From contig JBAXFX010000003.1 in assembly GCA_037139695.1 (NCBI GenBank), forward strand, positions 1 to 38,235: DNA of 38,235 bases, read 5' to 3'. This DNA comes from Candidatus Moraniibacteriota bacterium (lineage in GTDB: Bacteria; Patescibacteriota; Minisyncoccia; Moranbacterales; UBA1568). Under the pieces are notes generated by a model. The model did no database searches, had not been told where the DNA came from, and worked only from the letters and a program-made list of their open reading frames with translations. The position numbers were made by a program, and so were the translations under genes. Of this stretch, positions 1-9,568 are shown in pieces. Every line of letters begins with the position of its first letter. The first letter of the stretch is position 1.

Positions 1-182
1 CCCCATAGAGGGCTATTTTGTGTGATGAGGGGTTTTTAGTGAGACACGCATGGTATTTTACTAAACTTTATAAAATATACGGTTATTGATAAACTGTATA
101 AAGTTTGAAATTGTCGAGAGAAAATAAGGAGAGGCGATCAGTTTGTACTTGAGGTGTATTGTGAGTGGTATCGATAAGACAT

Positions 183-680
183 ATGGAAGAAAAACTGCGA
201 GATACGACGCTACTCTTTCTCGTCCGGCGCGATGATGCGGGAGCGGTTTCGGAGATTTGTCTGGCGATGAAGAAGCGCGGGTTCGGCACGGGGAAGTGGA
301 ACGGCGTAGGCGGCAAGCTCGAGCCCGGCGAATCGATCGAGGATGCGGCACGGCGCGAGACGGAGGAAGAGATCGGCGTGAAAGTCGGGGAATTGCGACA
401 GGTGGCAGAGCTTGAGTTCCGCTATTCTGTCCGGTCTGATTGGGACCAGTTAGTGCACGTGTTTTTCGCGGAAGCATGGGAAGGGGAGCCGACCGAGAGC
501 GAGGAAATGCGGCCTGAACGGTACCGGGTATCGGATATCCCATTTGATTTCATGTGGCCGGACGACCGATACTGGCTTCCGGTGGTGATCGCCGGAACCC
601 TGGTCCGCGGTCGGTTTGTTTTCGGGGAAGGCGAGGCGATACTCGAACACGAGGTTTTGGTCATACCGGACTTCGCATGA
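183..680 (+). CDS. NUDIX hydrolase, MTH1/NUDT1-like 8-oxo-dGTP diphosphatase
   Basis: Nudix box GGKLEPGESIEDAARRETEEEIG plus MTH1-type motifs KKRGFGTGKWNG, ESEEMRP and MWPDDRYW; ATG 183 preferred over the upstream GTG. Confidence 0.9.
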   Translation: MEEKLRDTTLLFLVRRDDAGAVSEICLAMKKRGFGTGKWNGVGGKLEPGESIEDAARRETEEEIGVKVGELRQVAELEFRYSVRSDWDQLVHVFFAEAWEGEPTESEEMRPERYRVSDIPFDFMWPDDRYWLPVVIAGTLVRGRFVFGEGEAILEHEVLVIPDFA

Positions 681-871
681 ATCCTGCCGACGTGCGATAT
701 GCTTCGGTGTCGGATGAGGATATAGATAAAAAGCCGTACACACTGTTCATGTACGGCCTTTTTGTCGGGCTCATCCCCTCATTTCTTTCGGTCTTTTTTC
801 TGTGGGAGAAGAAAAAGGTTATTCGCGTTGTTCGTATTGACGAGGATGCGGACTGCCGGTGTCTTTTTTGA
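677..871 (+). CDS. small hypothetical membrane protein (possibly truncated or a pseudogene)
   Basis: ATGA overlap with the NUDIX stop; one hydrophobic segment LFMYGLFVGLIPSFLSVFFLW; the frame stays open after the TGA until ~1039. Confidence 0.3.
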   Translation: MNPADVRYASVSDEDIDKKPYTLFMYGLFVGLIPSFLSVFFLWEKKKVIRVVRIDEDADCRCLF

Positions 872-1104
872 ATTTTCAGCGGTGACGATCCTTATGTCGC
901 GTCCTTTTCGAGTCTCCTTGCCCGTGTGATTATCAGAAGGGGCGGTTTCCTGTGGTGGCAACCTTCTTTTCCGTTGGGATTTTTCGTTGCCGGCTTTTCC
1001 TTTGTCGGTCATGAGAGCACTCCTTTTTTAAGGTTTTGATGCATCTTATTGAAGCATGGATATGGAAACAAATCAAGTATCTGCGCCATGATGACGGTAG
1101 TCGC

Positions 1105-1857
1105 TCAACGGGCGACGACAATGCCGAAAACCTTCTTTACTCCGGATTTTTTTAGTACTTTGGCACATTCCTCGAGCGTCGCGCCGGTCGTGGCGACATC
1201 GTCGATGAGCCAGACAACCTTGCCTTTCAGTTCCTTTCTCGCTGTTCTCCTATCGACCGGGAGCGAGAAGGCACCTCGGAGGTTTTCTTTCCGTTCTCTG
1301 GCAGTACGACTCTTTGCCTGCGGGAGTGTGAACCGGTGCCGGATGAGCAGGTCTTCGTGGACGGGAACCGGTAGCTCCGGCATGAACGCGGCCGCGAAGG
1401 ATCGCGCAAGCAGGGCGGACTGATTGAATCCGCGATAGCGGAGTCGCCAGGCATGGAGTGGGACGGGAACGAGGAAATCAGGGAGTGGCAGTTCGGTCCT
1501 GGATGCCGATTCGGCAAGCAACGCGCCGAGCGGGGTGGCGAGCTCTTGGACATACTCGTATTTGAACACGTGTATCGCCTGAGCGATTGTTGATGCCTCG
1601 CGGAATGCGGTCACGGAAAAAATCCCGTCGAGCGCGTGCTGTGGGGCGCAGGAAAAACAGGTTCGTCCTTCCGGCACGAGGACCGTCTCACAGAAGGGGC
1701 AGACGTATTCCTGTTTTCGTGGAGCGTTGCGTAGGCACGCGCCGCAGAGATAGGAGTCCTTCCGTCCGCATCCGATGCAGGCACGCGGAAACAGGACATC
1801 GGCGAGGAATTCCCTCGTACGAAACAGGAGATCGATGTGACGAGGCGTGTTTTCCAT
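1105..1857 (-). CDS. comF: ComF family competence protein (double zinc ribbon + phosphoribosyltransferase domain)
   Basis: CxxC pairs at the N-terminus, VPVPLH..RGFNQS, and PRPP motif LIDDVATTGATL. Confidence 0.93.
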   Translation of the reverse strand: MENTPRHIDLLFRTREFLADVLFPRACIGCGRKDSYLCGACLRNAPRKQEYVCPFCETVLVPEGRTCFSCAPQHALDGIFSVTAFREASTIAQAIHVFKYEYVQELATPLGALLAESASRTELPLPDFLVPVPLHAWRLRYRGFNQSALLARSFAAAFMPELPVPVHEDLLIRHRFTLPQAKSRTARERKENLRGAFSLPVDRRTARKELKGKVVWLIDDVATTGATLEECAKVLKKSGVKKVFGIVVAR

Positions 1858-1883
1858 AAAGCACCTTTCGATCGGTACCCGGA

Positions 1884-1918
1884 CGGAGTCGAACTCCGAT
1901 TATCGGAGTTCGACTCCG
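1884..1918. repeat. perfect REP-like palindrome with 17-bp arms
   Basis: CGGAGTCGAACTCCGAT-T-ATCGGAGTTCGACTCCG; each arm is itself a small hairpin (CGGAGT-cga-ACTCCG). Confidence 0.85.
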
Positions 1919-1958
1919 GGAACAGTTTTTGAGAAAGACCGATGACGTATCGAGGAAA

Positions 1959-4502
1959 TCACCTCTTTTTTACGGAAGCCTTCTTCGATTCCGTGCAGAC
2001 GACCGTCTCGCCGGAGAGGGAGAGCGCGAAGGAGCGTTTCGTACCGGTACCGGAGAGTAGAACCGTCGCGACCGGCTTCTCGACAAGCTCCTCGATATTC
2101 TTTCGGACGAGGCGGGCGCCGTGCTCCGGGACGAGGCTTTTCTTCGCGAGGAAGGCGACAACGGCGGTCGGCACGGCAAGCGTCGTGCCACGTTTGGCGA
2201 GGCGTTTCTTAAGCGCGGATAGTTCGAGGCGGACGATCTTCGTGATCGCGTCCTGTCCGAGTGCTTCGAAAATGACCGTCCGGTCGATTCGGGCGAGGAG
2301 TTCGGGACGAAAGGTTTTCTTGAGTTCCTCGAGTGCGACGTGTTTTGCGGATTCCATGCGCGCCTTCATGTCGCCCGTGGCGCCTTTATCGAAGCCGATC
2401 TGGTCCGTCTTGAAGAAAGCGCCGGTGCCGGCATTCGACGTGATGACGATGAGCGCGTCGCGGAAACTGACAGAACGGCCCTCCGCGTCGGTGAGTGTCC
2501 CTTCATCGAGAATCTGCAGAAGAATGTGGGCGACGTCGGGATGAGCCTTTTCGATCTCGTCGAATAAGACGACGGCATGTGGCATACGGCGGATCCGTTC
2601 GGTGAGGCGACCTCCCTCGCCGTATCCGACGTACCCGGCCGGCGCGCCGATCATCTGTGCGACACTGTGTCGCTCCATGAACTCGCTCATGTCGAGCCGG
2701 ATGAGTCGGTCCTTGCCACCAAAGAATTCCTCGGCGACGGTCTTGGCGACGAGCGTCTTACCGACGCCGGTCGGGCCGAGGAAAAGGAGCGAACCGAGTG
2801 GTCGGACAGGATCGCGGACTTCGGAAAGCGAACGCAGTAGCGAGGATTCGACGGCTGAGATGGCGTCTTCTTGGAGGGCGATCTTGTTTCGTAGTGTCCG
2901 CCCGAGCCGTTCTAGCCGGTGTTCCGGTCGATCATGTTCGAGAATGGCGAAAGGGATACCGGTCATAGCGGAAACGGTTTCCAAAAGGTCTCGATCCGTG
3001 AGGGCCGGACGTTCGGATCCGGACCGTTCCTTTGCTGCACGCGCGGAAAGTTTTGCGATCTCGCGGTTCAGACGGTGCTCCTCGTCGAGCATGGCTGCGG
3101 CTTCGTCGAATCGTCCGTCGGACATAAGGAGCTCCTTTTCACCGAGAATGTTCTTGCGGGCGCTTTCGAGTGCGGCAACGGCCCGGCCGGCCGGCGTCTC
3201 TTCGATGCGGGTTTTCGCGAGGGATGAGGCCTCGTCGAGGATGTCGATCGCCTTGTCCGGCAGGAACCGGTCGTGCAGGTGCCGGATGGAGAGGTCGACC
3301 GCGAGATCAAGTAGGTTCGTGCCGATCGTTATTCCGTGGAACGACTCGTATGCCGGCCGGATGCCGCGGAGGAGCCGCTTCGTTTCTTCCGGTGATGGTT
3401 CGCGGACGAGCACGGATTGGAACCGCCGGCCGAGTGCCGGATCCTTCTCGATGTGTTTGCGGTATTCGGTGAGCGTGGTCGCGCCGATGACGCGGATTTC
3501 GCCCCGGGCGAGCGCCGGTTTGAGGATGTTCGCGGCGTCGAGTCCGCCCTGTGCATTGCCTGCACCGACGATGGTGTGCAGTTCGTCGATAAAGAGGATG
3601 ATATCCGGTCGCGACTTCGCCTCACGGACGATCTCCTTGAGGCGCGCCTCGAATTCGCCACGGAAGCTCGTTCCAGCGACGACAAGGGCCAGGTCGAGGG
3701 CAAGGATGCGTTTGCCGGCAAGCGACGTGCCAGCCTCGCCTTCTTCGATTCGCTTCGCGATGGCCGAGACGATTGCCGTCTTGCCGACACCCGGTTCACC
3801 GAGGAGGACGGGATTGTTTTTTTGTCGTCGGCCGAGGATGCTCGTGATGCGGGCTATTTCGGACTCGCGTCCGAAGAATATATCGCCCCGTTCAGTCGCC
3901 TCACGCCCGAGGTCGGTCGCGTACTGTGAGAGTGACGGCGGAAGCCCGTCCGATGCCGGTGTACGTTTCGCGAGTGTCAGTTCGGGGAGGTCGAGCAATT
4001 TTCCGAAATCAGGGACGTTTTCGAGGCCGAGATGGGATTCGAGGTCGGCGAGGGCCTGGCGATGATCGATGGATGCCTCGGTCAGGACCGCGAGAACCGC
4101 ATGGTCGGGTTTTGATAAGATGGCGTGGATGAGGTGTTCCGTGCCGACATACGGTGAGCCGAACCGGCTCGCGGCAAGAAACGCGGCCGTAAGGACGTCC
4201 CTTGTGTCCGCGGAGAAGGGGATTGATGCAAAGAGACGTTGGTGTGTCCGTCCCGGCGCGGTCGCCATCGCGGTCTCCTTCCGCTCCGACGGAGTATGTG
4301 TGGCATCCCCGAGAAATTCCCGCTTAAAACCCGCATTGACGAGAAAAAGGCTACCGAGGCTTCCGTCTTCGGAGAGGATGGCGGCCAGAAGATGAATCGG
4401 CTGCACCGAGGTGGCGGCGGAAACGCGCGCTACGACCTCGGCTTCGTCGAGAATCTTTCGGGCGCGGAGGGAGAATTTTTCCGGCAGATGTTCGATATTC
4501 AT
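1959..4502 (-). CDS. clpC: ATP-dependent Clp protease ATP-binding subunit, ClpC-like
   Basis: Clp N-terminal repeats, two AAA+ modules (GEPGVGKT, FIDELH; GPTGVGKT, LFDEIEKAH), short coiled-coil middle domain and IGF ClpP-binding loop; start placed at ATG 4502, just below an extended -10 TGGTATCAT (4520-4512). Confidence 0.9.
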   Translation of the reverse strand: MNIEHLPEKFSLRARKILDEAEVVARVSAATSVQPIHLLAAILSEDGSLGSLFLVNAGFKREFLGDATHTPSERKETAMATAPGRTHQRLFASIPFSADTRDVLTAAFLAASRFGSPYVGTEHLIHAILSKPDHAVLAVLTEASIDHRQALADLESHLGLENVPDFGKLLDLPELTLAKRTPASDGLPPSLSQYATDLGREATERGDIFFGRESEIARITSILGRRQKNNPVLLGEPGVGKTAIVSAIAKRIEEGEAGTSLAGKRILALDLALVVAGTSFRGEFEARLKEIVREAKSRPDIILFIDELHTIVGAGNAQGGLDAANILKPALARGEIRVIGATTLTEYRKHIEKDPALGRRFQSVLVREPSPEETKRLLRGIRPAYESFHGITIGTNLLDLAVDLSIRHLHDRFLPDKAIDILDEASSLAKTRIEETPAGRAVAALESARKNILGEKELLMSDGRFDEAAAMLDEEHRLNREIAKLSARAAKERSGSERPALTDRDLLETVSAMTGIPFAILEHDRPEHRLERLGRTLRNKIALQEDAISAVESSLLRSLSEVRDPVRPLGSLLFLGPTGVGKTLVAKTVAEEFFGGKDRLIRLDMSEFMERHSVAQMIGAPAGYVGYGEGGRLTERIRRMPHAVVLFDEIEKAHPDVAHILLQILDEGTLTDAEGRSVSFRDALIVITSNAGTGAFFKTDQIGFDKGATGDMKARMESAKHVALEELKKTFRPELLARIDRTVIFEALGQDAITKIVRLELSALKKRLAKRGTTLAVPTAVVAFLAKKSLVPEHGARLVRKNIEELVEKPVATVLLSGTGTKRSFALSLSGETVVCTESKKASVKKR

Positions 4503-4672
4503 AATATGTGCATGATACCACGACTGGGATGATTTCGGGCGTTCGGGATACCTGATTGTATTTTCTCTTAGGGCCCGTGTCAATATGTATGTCATATTCT
4601 GTCGTGTATAGAAGAAGACGATGAGATGTCCCATTTCTTTTCACCACCCTCTTTTCCTCCTGAAAAGAATCG

Positions 4673-4681
4673 TGGTATACT
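4673..4681 (+). promoter_or_regulatory. extended -10 promoter for the pil operon
   Basis: TGGTATACT about 70 bp upstream of pilM, divergent from clpC. Confidence 0.5.
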
Positions 4682-4753
4682 TTCCGTGACGGATGGGCGG
4701 CCTCGAAAAGATAGCTTTCGACCCCCTTCCTTTTTCATGAATACAGACACGTT

Positions 4754-5836
4754 ATGAGCATGTTCGCAAAGGAACGATTCCTTGGTGTCGATTTTGGCAC
4801 TGAATCCATAAAGGCGGTGGAGCTTGAGCTTCGTGGGGGACATCCGTTCCTTGTGAATTACGGTGAGGCATTGTTGTCGGCACCGCATGATTCGAGGAAA
4901 CCGGCCGTCCGTTCTTTTCGTGAGGATGTGGCAATAAAATTCAGGGCCCTGTTGGAGCGGTTGCAGCCGGAGACGAGGAGTATATGTATTTCGATGCCAT
5001 CCTTCCTTGGTCTCATTTCGCTTATCGAGTTTCCGGAGATGACGGATGCGGAGCTCGAGGAGGCGGTCCGATTCGAGGCTCGGAAGTATATCCCGAGCGC
5101 GCTCGAGGACGTCTCGCTATCATGGGAGTCGCTTGGAACGAAGGTTCCGGCTGATGGCGAGAGCGGGGCGGGAGCGCATCGGAAGACCGAGGTGCTACTG
5201 GTTGCCGCGCTCAATAAGGACGTCTGGCAGTATGAGGGATACGTGAGTTCGGTCGGCTATGATATAAAGCTGCTCGAATTGGAAACCTTTTCCATCACAC
5301 GGTCGGTGATCGGAAGCGATCCGGGAACGTTTCTCGTCATCGACATCGGTGCGCGCGCGGCGAATCTGATCCTGGTCGAGGAAGGGTATGTGAAAAAAAG
5401 CCGAAGTATCGACGCCGGCGGTCGCGATATCACACGCTCGCTTGCCGAAAGCCTCAATATTTCGGTGGATCGAGCTGATACGTTGAAGAAAAGTGCGAAA
5501 GACTTCCTGAACGCGAAGGATGTCGCCGTCATCTTCCCGGCGATCGAAGCGATCGTAAACGAGGCTGGCCGCATGGTTGAATCCTGGAAAACGACCCGAC
5601 CGGAAGGGAAAATCGACAGCATCGTCCTTTCCGGCGGGACGGGACGGCTGACGGGTCTTATAGAATATCTTTCCAAGAAACTTGATCTTCCGGTGAAATT
5701 GTCCGATCCGTGGCGGTCAATTTCTTACGCGCCTATTCTACAGCCGAAGATAGAATTGATTGGCGCGTCGTTTTCGGCGGCGATAGGGCTCGCATTGTAT
5801 GCGGTGACGGAGTCGGGAAAGAAAAAGCGTGACTGA
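4754..5836 (+). CDS. pilM: type IV pilus assembly protein PilM
   Basis: Actin-like fold motifs GVDFGTESIKAVEL, VIDIGA and VLSGG; EARKYIP; first gene of the pilus cluster. Confidence 0.92.
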   Translation: MSMFAKERFLGVDFGTESIKAVELELRGGHPFLVNYGEALLSAPHDSRKPAVRSFREDVAIKFRALLERLQPETRSICISMPSFLGLISLIEFPEMTDAELEEAVRFEARKYIPSALEDVSLSWESLGTKVPADGESGAGAHRKTEVLLVAALNKDVWQYEGYVSSVGYDIKLLELETFSITRSVIGSDPGTFLVIDIGARAANLILVEEGYVKKSRSIDAGGRDITRSLAESLNISVDRADTLKKSAKDFLNAKDVAVIFPAIEAIVNEAGRMVESWKTTRPEGKIDSIVLSGGTGRLTGLIEYLSKKLDLPVKLSDPWRSISYAPILQPKIELIGASFSAAIGLALYAVTESGKKKRD

Positions 5837-5905
5837 TTTTGCGGAATGACCGAAGCGGGGTATACTGGAAACATGAGATGTCGATAAACCGAAAACAGAA
5901 ATCAT

Positions 5906-6442
5906 ATGCCGGGAATGAACTTGGCACAGGCGTCGCAGCAACAGCAGAAGACTTCGGTAGGGATACATGTCGGACGTGGTCTTCTTTTCTTGTTCGTGAT
6001 GCTGGCTGTCGTGCTGTCAGTCTGGGGAGGTCTTGCTTATTATGAAAGTCTTTTGTCGGGTGAAGTCGACAGTCTATCGGCTCAGATTACCGATGAACGT
6101 CAGGGGATGTCCCAGGATAAGATCGATGCGATCGTTGATTTTCAGTTCCGGATGGATGATATCGTCGCTGAGCAGGGATCGTCTGTTGACCCCGAAAAAT
6201 TATTGGGGTCGATTGAAAAGGCTATTCTTCCTGGGATAGTCTTGTCGGAATATTCCTTTAATGATGCTTCCCGGAAAGTTCAGATGAGCGGGGAGGCTGA
6301 TTCATTCCGTACGGTCGTGCAGGAGATGACTATCCTCAAGAAAATGCCTGAAATTGAGGCGATTTCTGTTCCGAGCCTGAAGCATAACGATAAGGGACTT
6401 ATCGTGTTCTCCTTTGTTATAAAGCTCGGAAAATCGGTATAA
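5906..6442 (+). CDS. pilN: PilN-like pilus alignment protein
   Basis: N-terminal TM, coiled coil and ferredoxin-like C-terminus (VQMSGEADSFRTV); position after pilM. Confidence 0.72.
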   Translation: MPGMNLAQASQQQQKTSVGIHVGRGLLFLFVMLAVVLSVWGGLAYYESLLSGEVDSLSAQITDERQGMSQDKIDAIVDFQFRMDDIVAEQGSSVDPEKLLGSIEKAILPGIVLSEYSFNDASRKVQMSGEADSFRTVVQEMTILKKMPEIEAISVPSLKHNDKGLIVFSFVIKLGKSV

Positions 6443-6454
6443 ATACAAAATGAT

Positions 6455-7222
6455 ATGTCACTCAAGAATCTTTCTTTCCCCATTTTCGTGTTATTGGCGT
6501 TCACCATAGGCGTCTTTTCGGTCAAGCCGACCGTAGAGTCGATATTGCAAAAGCGCTCGGAGCTGGAGTCGAAAATCGCCGAGAATGCCGATGTCATGGG
6601 GACGAAACAGAATCTCGATTCCCTCTACGCGTCACGGGAATCACTTCTCGGGGCGCCGGAGGGAGCGGCGGTATACGAGTATCTCCCTGTTTCGGTCAGT
6701 CAGGATAGGGTTGTCGACGCATTCAATTACTATGCGATGCAGACGGGTATTTCCCTTAGCGGGGTCGGGTTCGTTGAAAAGGCGAGTCCTGTGGCGATTT
6801 CCGATGTCGCTCCTGACGGATCGGCGGATGAGAGTCAGATTCTGCCCGTGGCGCCGGTTCCCGATTCGTTCACTATGACTGCCGACATCAGTGGATCGTA
6901 TGAAGGCATCAGGTCTTTTCTTAGGGAGGTATCGCATTCCGGTCGTTCGTATATGCTGACTTCGTTCTCGATAACCAAGTCAGCCGCCTCCACGAACGCG
7001 AGCGGTCAGCCGGTTTCCGATTCTGGAACGCTTTCCGGAAATATCGTTGCGGAATTCTTTTATCTTCAGCAGAAGAAATATCATAACGGATATAAGTTGC
7101 CGGTATTTCGGAACAGTGAGTTCAACCTTGAACCGATCAAGGAGATTATTGCCAAGGAAAATTCCGTTCCAGCACTTGCTGAGCCGCAGGGCGCCGGTCG
7201 AAACAACCCGTTCTCTTTATAG
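6455..7222 (+). CDS. pilO: PilO-like pilus alignment protein
   Basis: N-terminal TM and coiled coil, ISGSYEGIRSFL motif, terminal GRNNPF; position after pilN. Confidence 0.75.
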   Translation: MSLKNLSFPIFVLLAFTIGVFSVKPTVESILQKRSELESKIAENADVMGTKQNLDSLYASRESLLGAPEGAAVYEYLPVSVSQDRVVDAFNYYAMQTGISLSGVGFVEKASPVAISDVAPDGSADESQILPVAPVPDSFTMTADISGSYEGIRSFLREVSHSGRSYMLTSFSITKSAASTNASGQPVSDSGTLSGNIVAEFFYLQQKKYHNGYKLPVFRNSEFNLEPIKEIIAKENSVPALAEPQGAGRNNPFSL

Positions 7223-7338
7223 TATAGATTGTAGCCCGGATGTTTTTCCGGATGGATTGCGTCCATTTTTTCCGCTAACAGGCCTGTCGTTTCCTTCCAC
7301 GTCTGCCTCACCATCAATGATGATTGTAAATTCCCGGT

Positions 7339-9066
7339 ATGAATGATGTTTCTCCCGATCAAAAAAAGAGCGTCATTCCAGTAGCCGGACGAATCATGTC
7401 TGTTTCTGTCGGGAATGAGGAGTCGTCGGAAGATGCGTTAAAGAAGCGTGCCGAGGTGCTCGATATGCCGTTTTTTTCCGTGCTACCAGGGAAGGGAGGG
7501 ATAAGGCGAGACATATTGGAATACATACCGGAGGAGGCTGCCCAAAAATATCAGATGGCCGCGTATGAGAAGGAGGGAAATACGCTTCGGGTGGCGATGA
7601 CCGATCCGGAAAACTACGAAGCCTTGAACATTCTTCGTTTCGTGGCCGAAAAAGAACAGTTGAATATAGATATAGCGTTGGTTCCCAAGAAGCTTATCGA
7701 TGAACTGTTGAAAAAATATACCAGTACGGACCGAGCGCTCGAGGAGGCGATTTACTCCTTGAAGGATGAAAATGGCAGTGCAAAAAACTCCCTTGAAAGA
7801 AGCGGGAAGACCGCGAACCCCGAAGAGCGGGAAAACTTTCAGGATGCGCCGATCGCCCGTCTCGTCGAATCGATCGTGGAATATGCGATTGAAGGTCGTG
7901 CGAGCGACATCCATATAGAGCCGGCCGAGGGGCAGTACCGAGTCCGTTTCCGCGTCGACGGATTACTCCGTTCATCGCTTGTGTTCCCGCCTCCGATCGG
8001 AAAGGCGGTAGTCGCGCGTATCAAGATCCTTTCGAACCTGAAGATCGATGAGAAGCGGAAACCGCAGGACGGACGGTTCCGGATGGACCATGACGGTGAG
8101 TTCGTCGACTTCCGTGTCTCGACCCTGCCGGTCGTGGACGGAGAGAAGGTCGTGATGCGGGTGCTCGTCAAGAAGGAAAGTACCGTTGATTTCAATGAGA
8201 TGGGACTCTGGGGCCGGATCGGCGAGCTGTTGCGAAAGAAGATTACTGAGCCGTACGGTATCATTCTTATGACCGGACCAACCGGATCGGGGAAATCGAC
8301 GACGCTGTATTCGTTCCTGCAGATCCTGAATCAGGAAGAGCGGAACATTATCACGCTCGAGGACCCGGTCGAATATTCCATCGAAGGCATCAACCAGAGT
8401 CAGGTGAAACCGGAAATCGGGTACACGTTCGCGAATGGGCTCCGGTCCATCCTGCGACAGGACCCGAACGTAATCATGGTCGGTGAGATTCGTGACGGTG
8501 AGACCGCCGAATTGGCGATCCACTCCGCGCTTACCGGCCATCTTGTGCTCTCGACCCTGCATACGAACAGTGCTATCGGATCCATCCCGCGGTTCATGGA
8601 TATGGGGGTGGAGCCGTTCCTGATCGCTTCCGCCGTACAGGTGGTTGCGGCGCAGCGACTTGTCCGTCGTATCTGTCTTGATTGTCGGGAGAAGATAGAG
8701 GTCAGTCCGGAACTACGGAAGAGGATAGCGAAAGCTATTGAGAATATCGATCTCGAAGAATTGGAGAAATACGGGTATGATCCGAAAGAGGGCATCCATC
8801 TTTTTCACGGGAAAGGATGTGATTCATGCGGGAATTCCGGCTATCGCGGTCGGATCGCCATCTATGAGGCGTTTGAGGTGAATGACGCCGTGAAACGGAT
8901 CATCACCGACGAACACGCGAATGAGGCGAAGCTCATCGAAGCGGCAAGTCGGCAGAAGATGCTTACATTGCGTCAGGATGGTATACTGAAGGCGCTCCGG
9001 GGGCTGACGACCCTGACCGAAGTCGATCTCGTGACGGATGGCGATGTCATGATTGACGAGGAATAA
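7339..9066 (+). CDS. pilB: type IV pilus extension ATPase PilB (GspE/PulE family)
   Basis: ASDIHIEP, PQDGR, Walker A GPTGSGKST, TLEDPVEY, LRQDPNVIMVGEIRD, His box TGHLVLSTLHTN and zinc CxxC pairs. Confidence 0.95.
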   Translation: MNDVSPDQKKSVIPVAGRIMSVSVGNEESSEDALKKRAEVLDMPFFSVLPGKGGIRRDILEYIPEEAAQKYQMAAYEKEGNTLRVAMTDPENYEALNILRFVAEKEQLNIDIALVPKKLIDELLKKYTSTDRALEEAIYSLKDENGSAKNSLERSGKTANPEERENFQDAPIARLVESIVEYAIEGRASDIHIEPAEGQYRVRFRVDGLLRSSLVFPPPIGKAVVARIKILSNLKIDEKRKPQDGRFRMDHDGEFVDFRVSTLPVVDGEKVVMRVLVKKESTVDFNEMGLWGRIGELLRKKITEPYGIILMTGPTGSGKSTTLYSFLQILNQEERNIITLEDPVEYSIEGINQSQVKPEIGYTFANGLRSILRQDPNVIMVGEIRDGETAELAIHSALTGHLVLSTLHTNSAIGSIPRFMDMGVEPFLIASAVQVVAAQRLVRRICLDCREKIEVSPELRKRIAKAIENIDLEELEKYGYDPKEGIHLFHGKGCDSCGNSGYRGRIAIYEAFEVNDAVKRIITDEHANEAKLIEAASRQKMLTLRQDGILKALRGLTTLTEVDLVTDGDVMIDEE

Positions 9067-9090
9067 TGATACTAATCAGGATTACCGTAT

Positions 9091-9555
9091 ATGGAAACTT
9101 CGAGATTCGCCGGAAAAAAAATATTGTTGGTCGAGGACGATTTCTTCGTTCGGGACATCTATCAGCGGAAGCTTCGGGAGTGCGGATTCGAGGTCCGATC
9201 GGCCGAGAACGGTGTTGAAGGGATGGAATGCCTGAAAGAATCCGTTCCCGATCTCGTGATGCTCGATATCTTCATGCCGTATATGGACGGCCGCGACGTG
9301 TTGCGGGAGATCAAGGCGAACGAGGCATGGAAACATATTCCGGTCATCCTGCTTACGAACTTCTCGGCAAGTGAGGGTGTCCGAGACGGGTTCAGTCTCG
9401 GTGCGGAGGAATACCTCATCAAGTCGCACTTCACTCCGTCCGAAGTCCTTCGGAAAGTGGAGTCTGTCTTGGAGAAGACGGGAAAGGGTGGTATCCTGAA
9501 GGAAGGATCGTCCTTGGGTGAAACTGATTCCGGTCTCGTGACGATAAACACATAA
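9091..9555 (+). CDS. stand-alone response regulator receiver protein (CheY-like)
   Basis: LLVEDD, phosphoacceptor LDIFMPYMDG, LTN and YLIKS; no output domain. Confidence 0.9.
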   Translation: METSRFAGKKILLVEDDFFVRDIYQRKLRECGFEVRSAENGVEGMECLKESVPDLVMLDIFMPYMDGRDVLREIKANEAWKHIPVILLTNFSASEGVRDGFSLGAEEYLIKSHFTPSEVLRKVESVLEKTGKGGILKEGSSLGETDSGLVTINT

Positions 9556-9568
9556 CCGATACGAACCT

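Noticed and set aside
677-1039. TGA readthrough or genetic code 25 joining the small ORF to its open downstream frame
   Set aside because: Conserved genes here (NUDIX, pilM, pilT, pilC, ligA, gatC) end at TGA at the expected lengths, so code 11 applies; at most this is a pseudogene.
2602-4065. 487-aa plus-strand ORF and similar long antisense ORFs (9764-10504, 11033-11770, 21964-22854, 27881-28633)
   Set aside because: These are shadow frames opposite well-supported genes in GC-rich sequence, with Ser/Arg-rich composition and no motifs.
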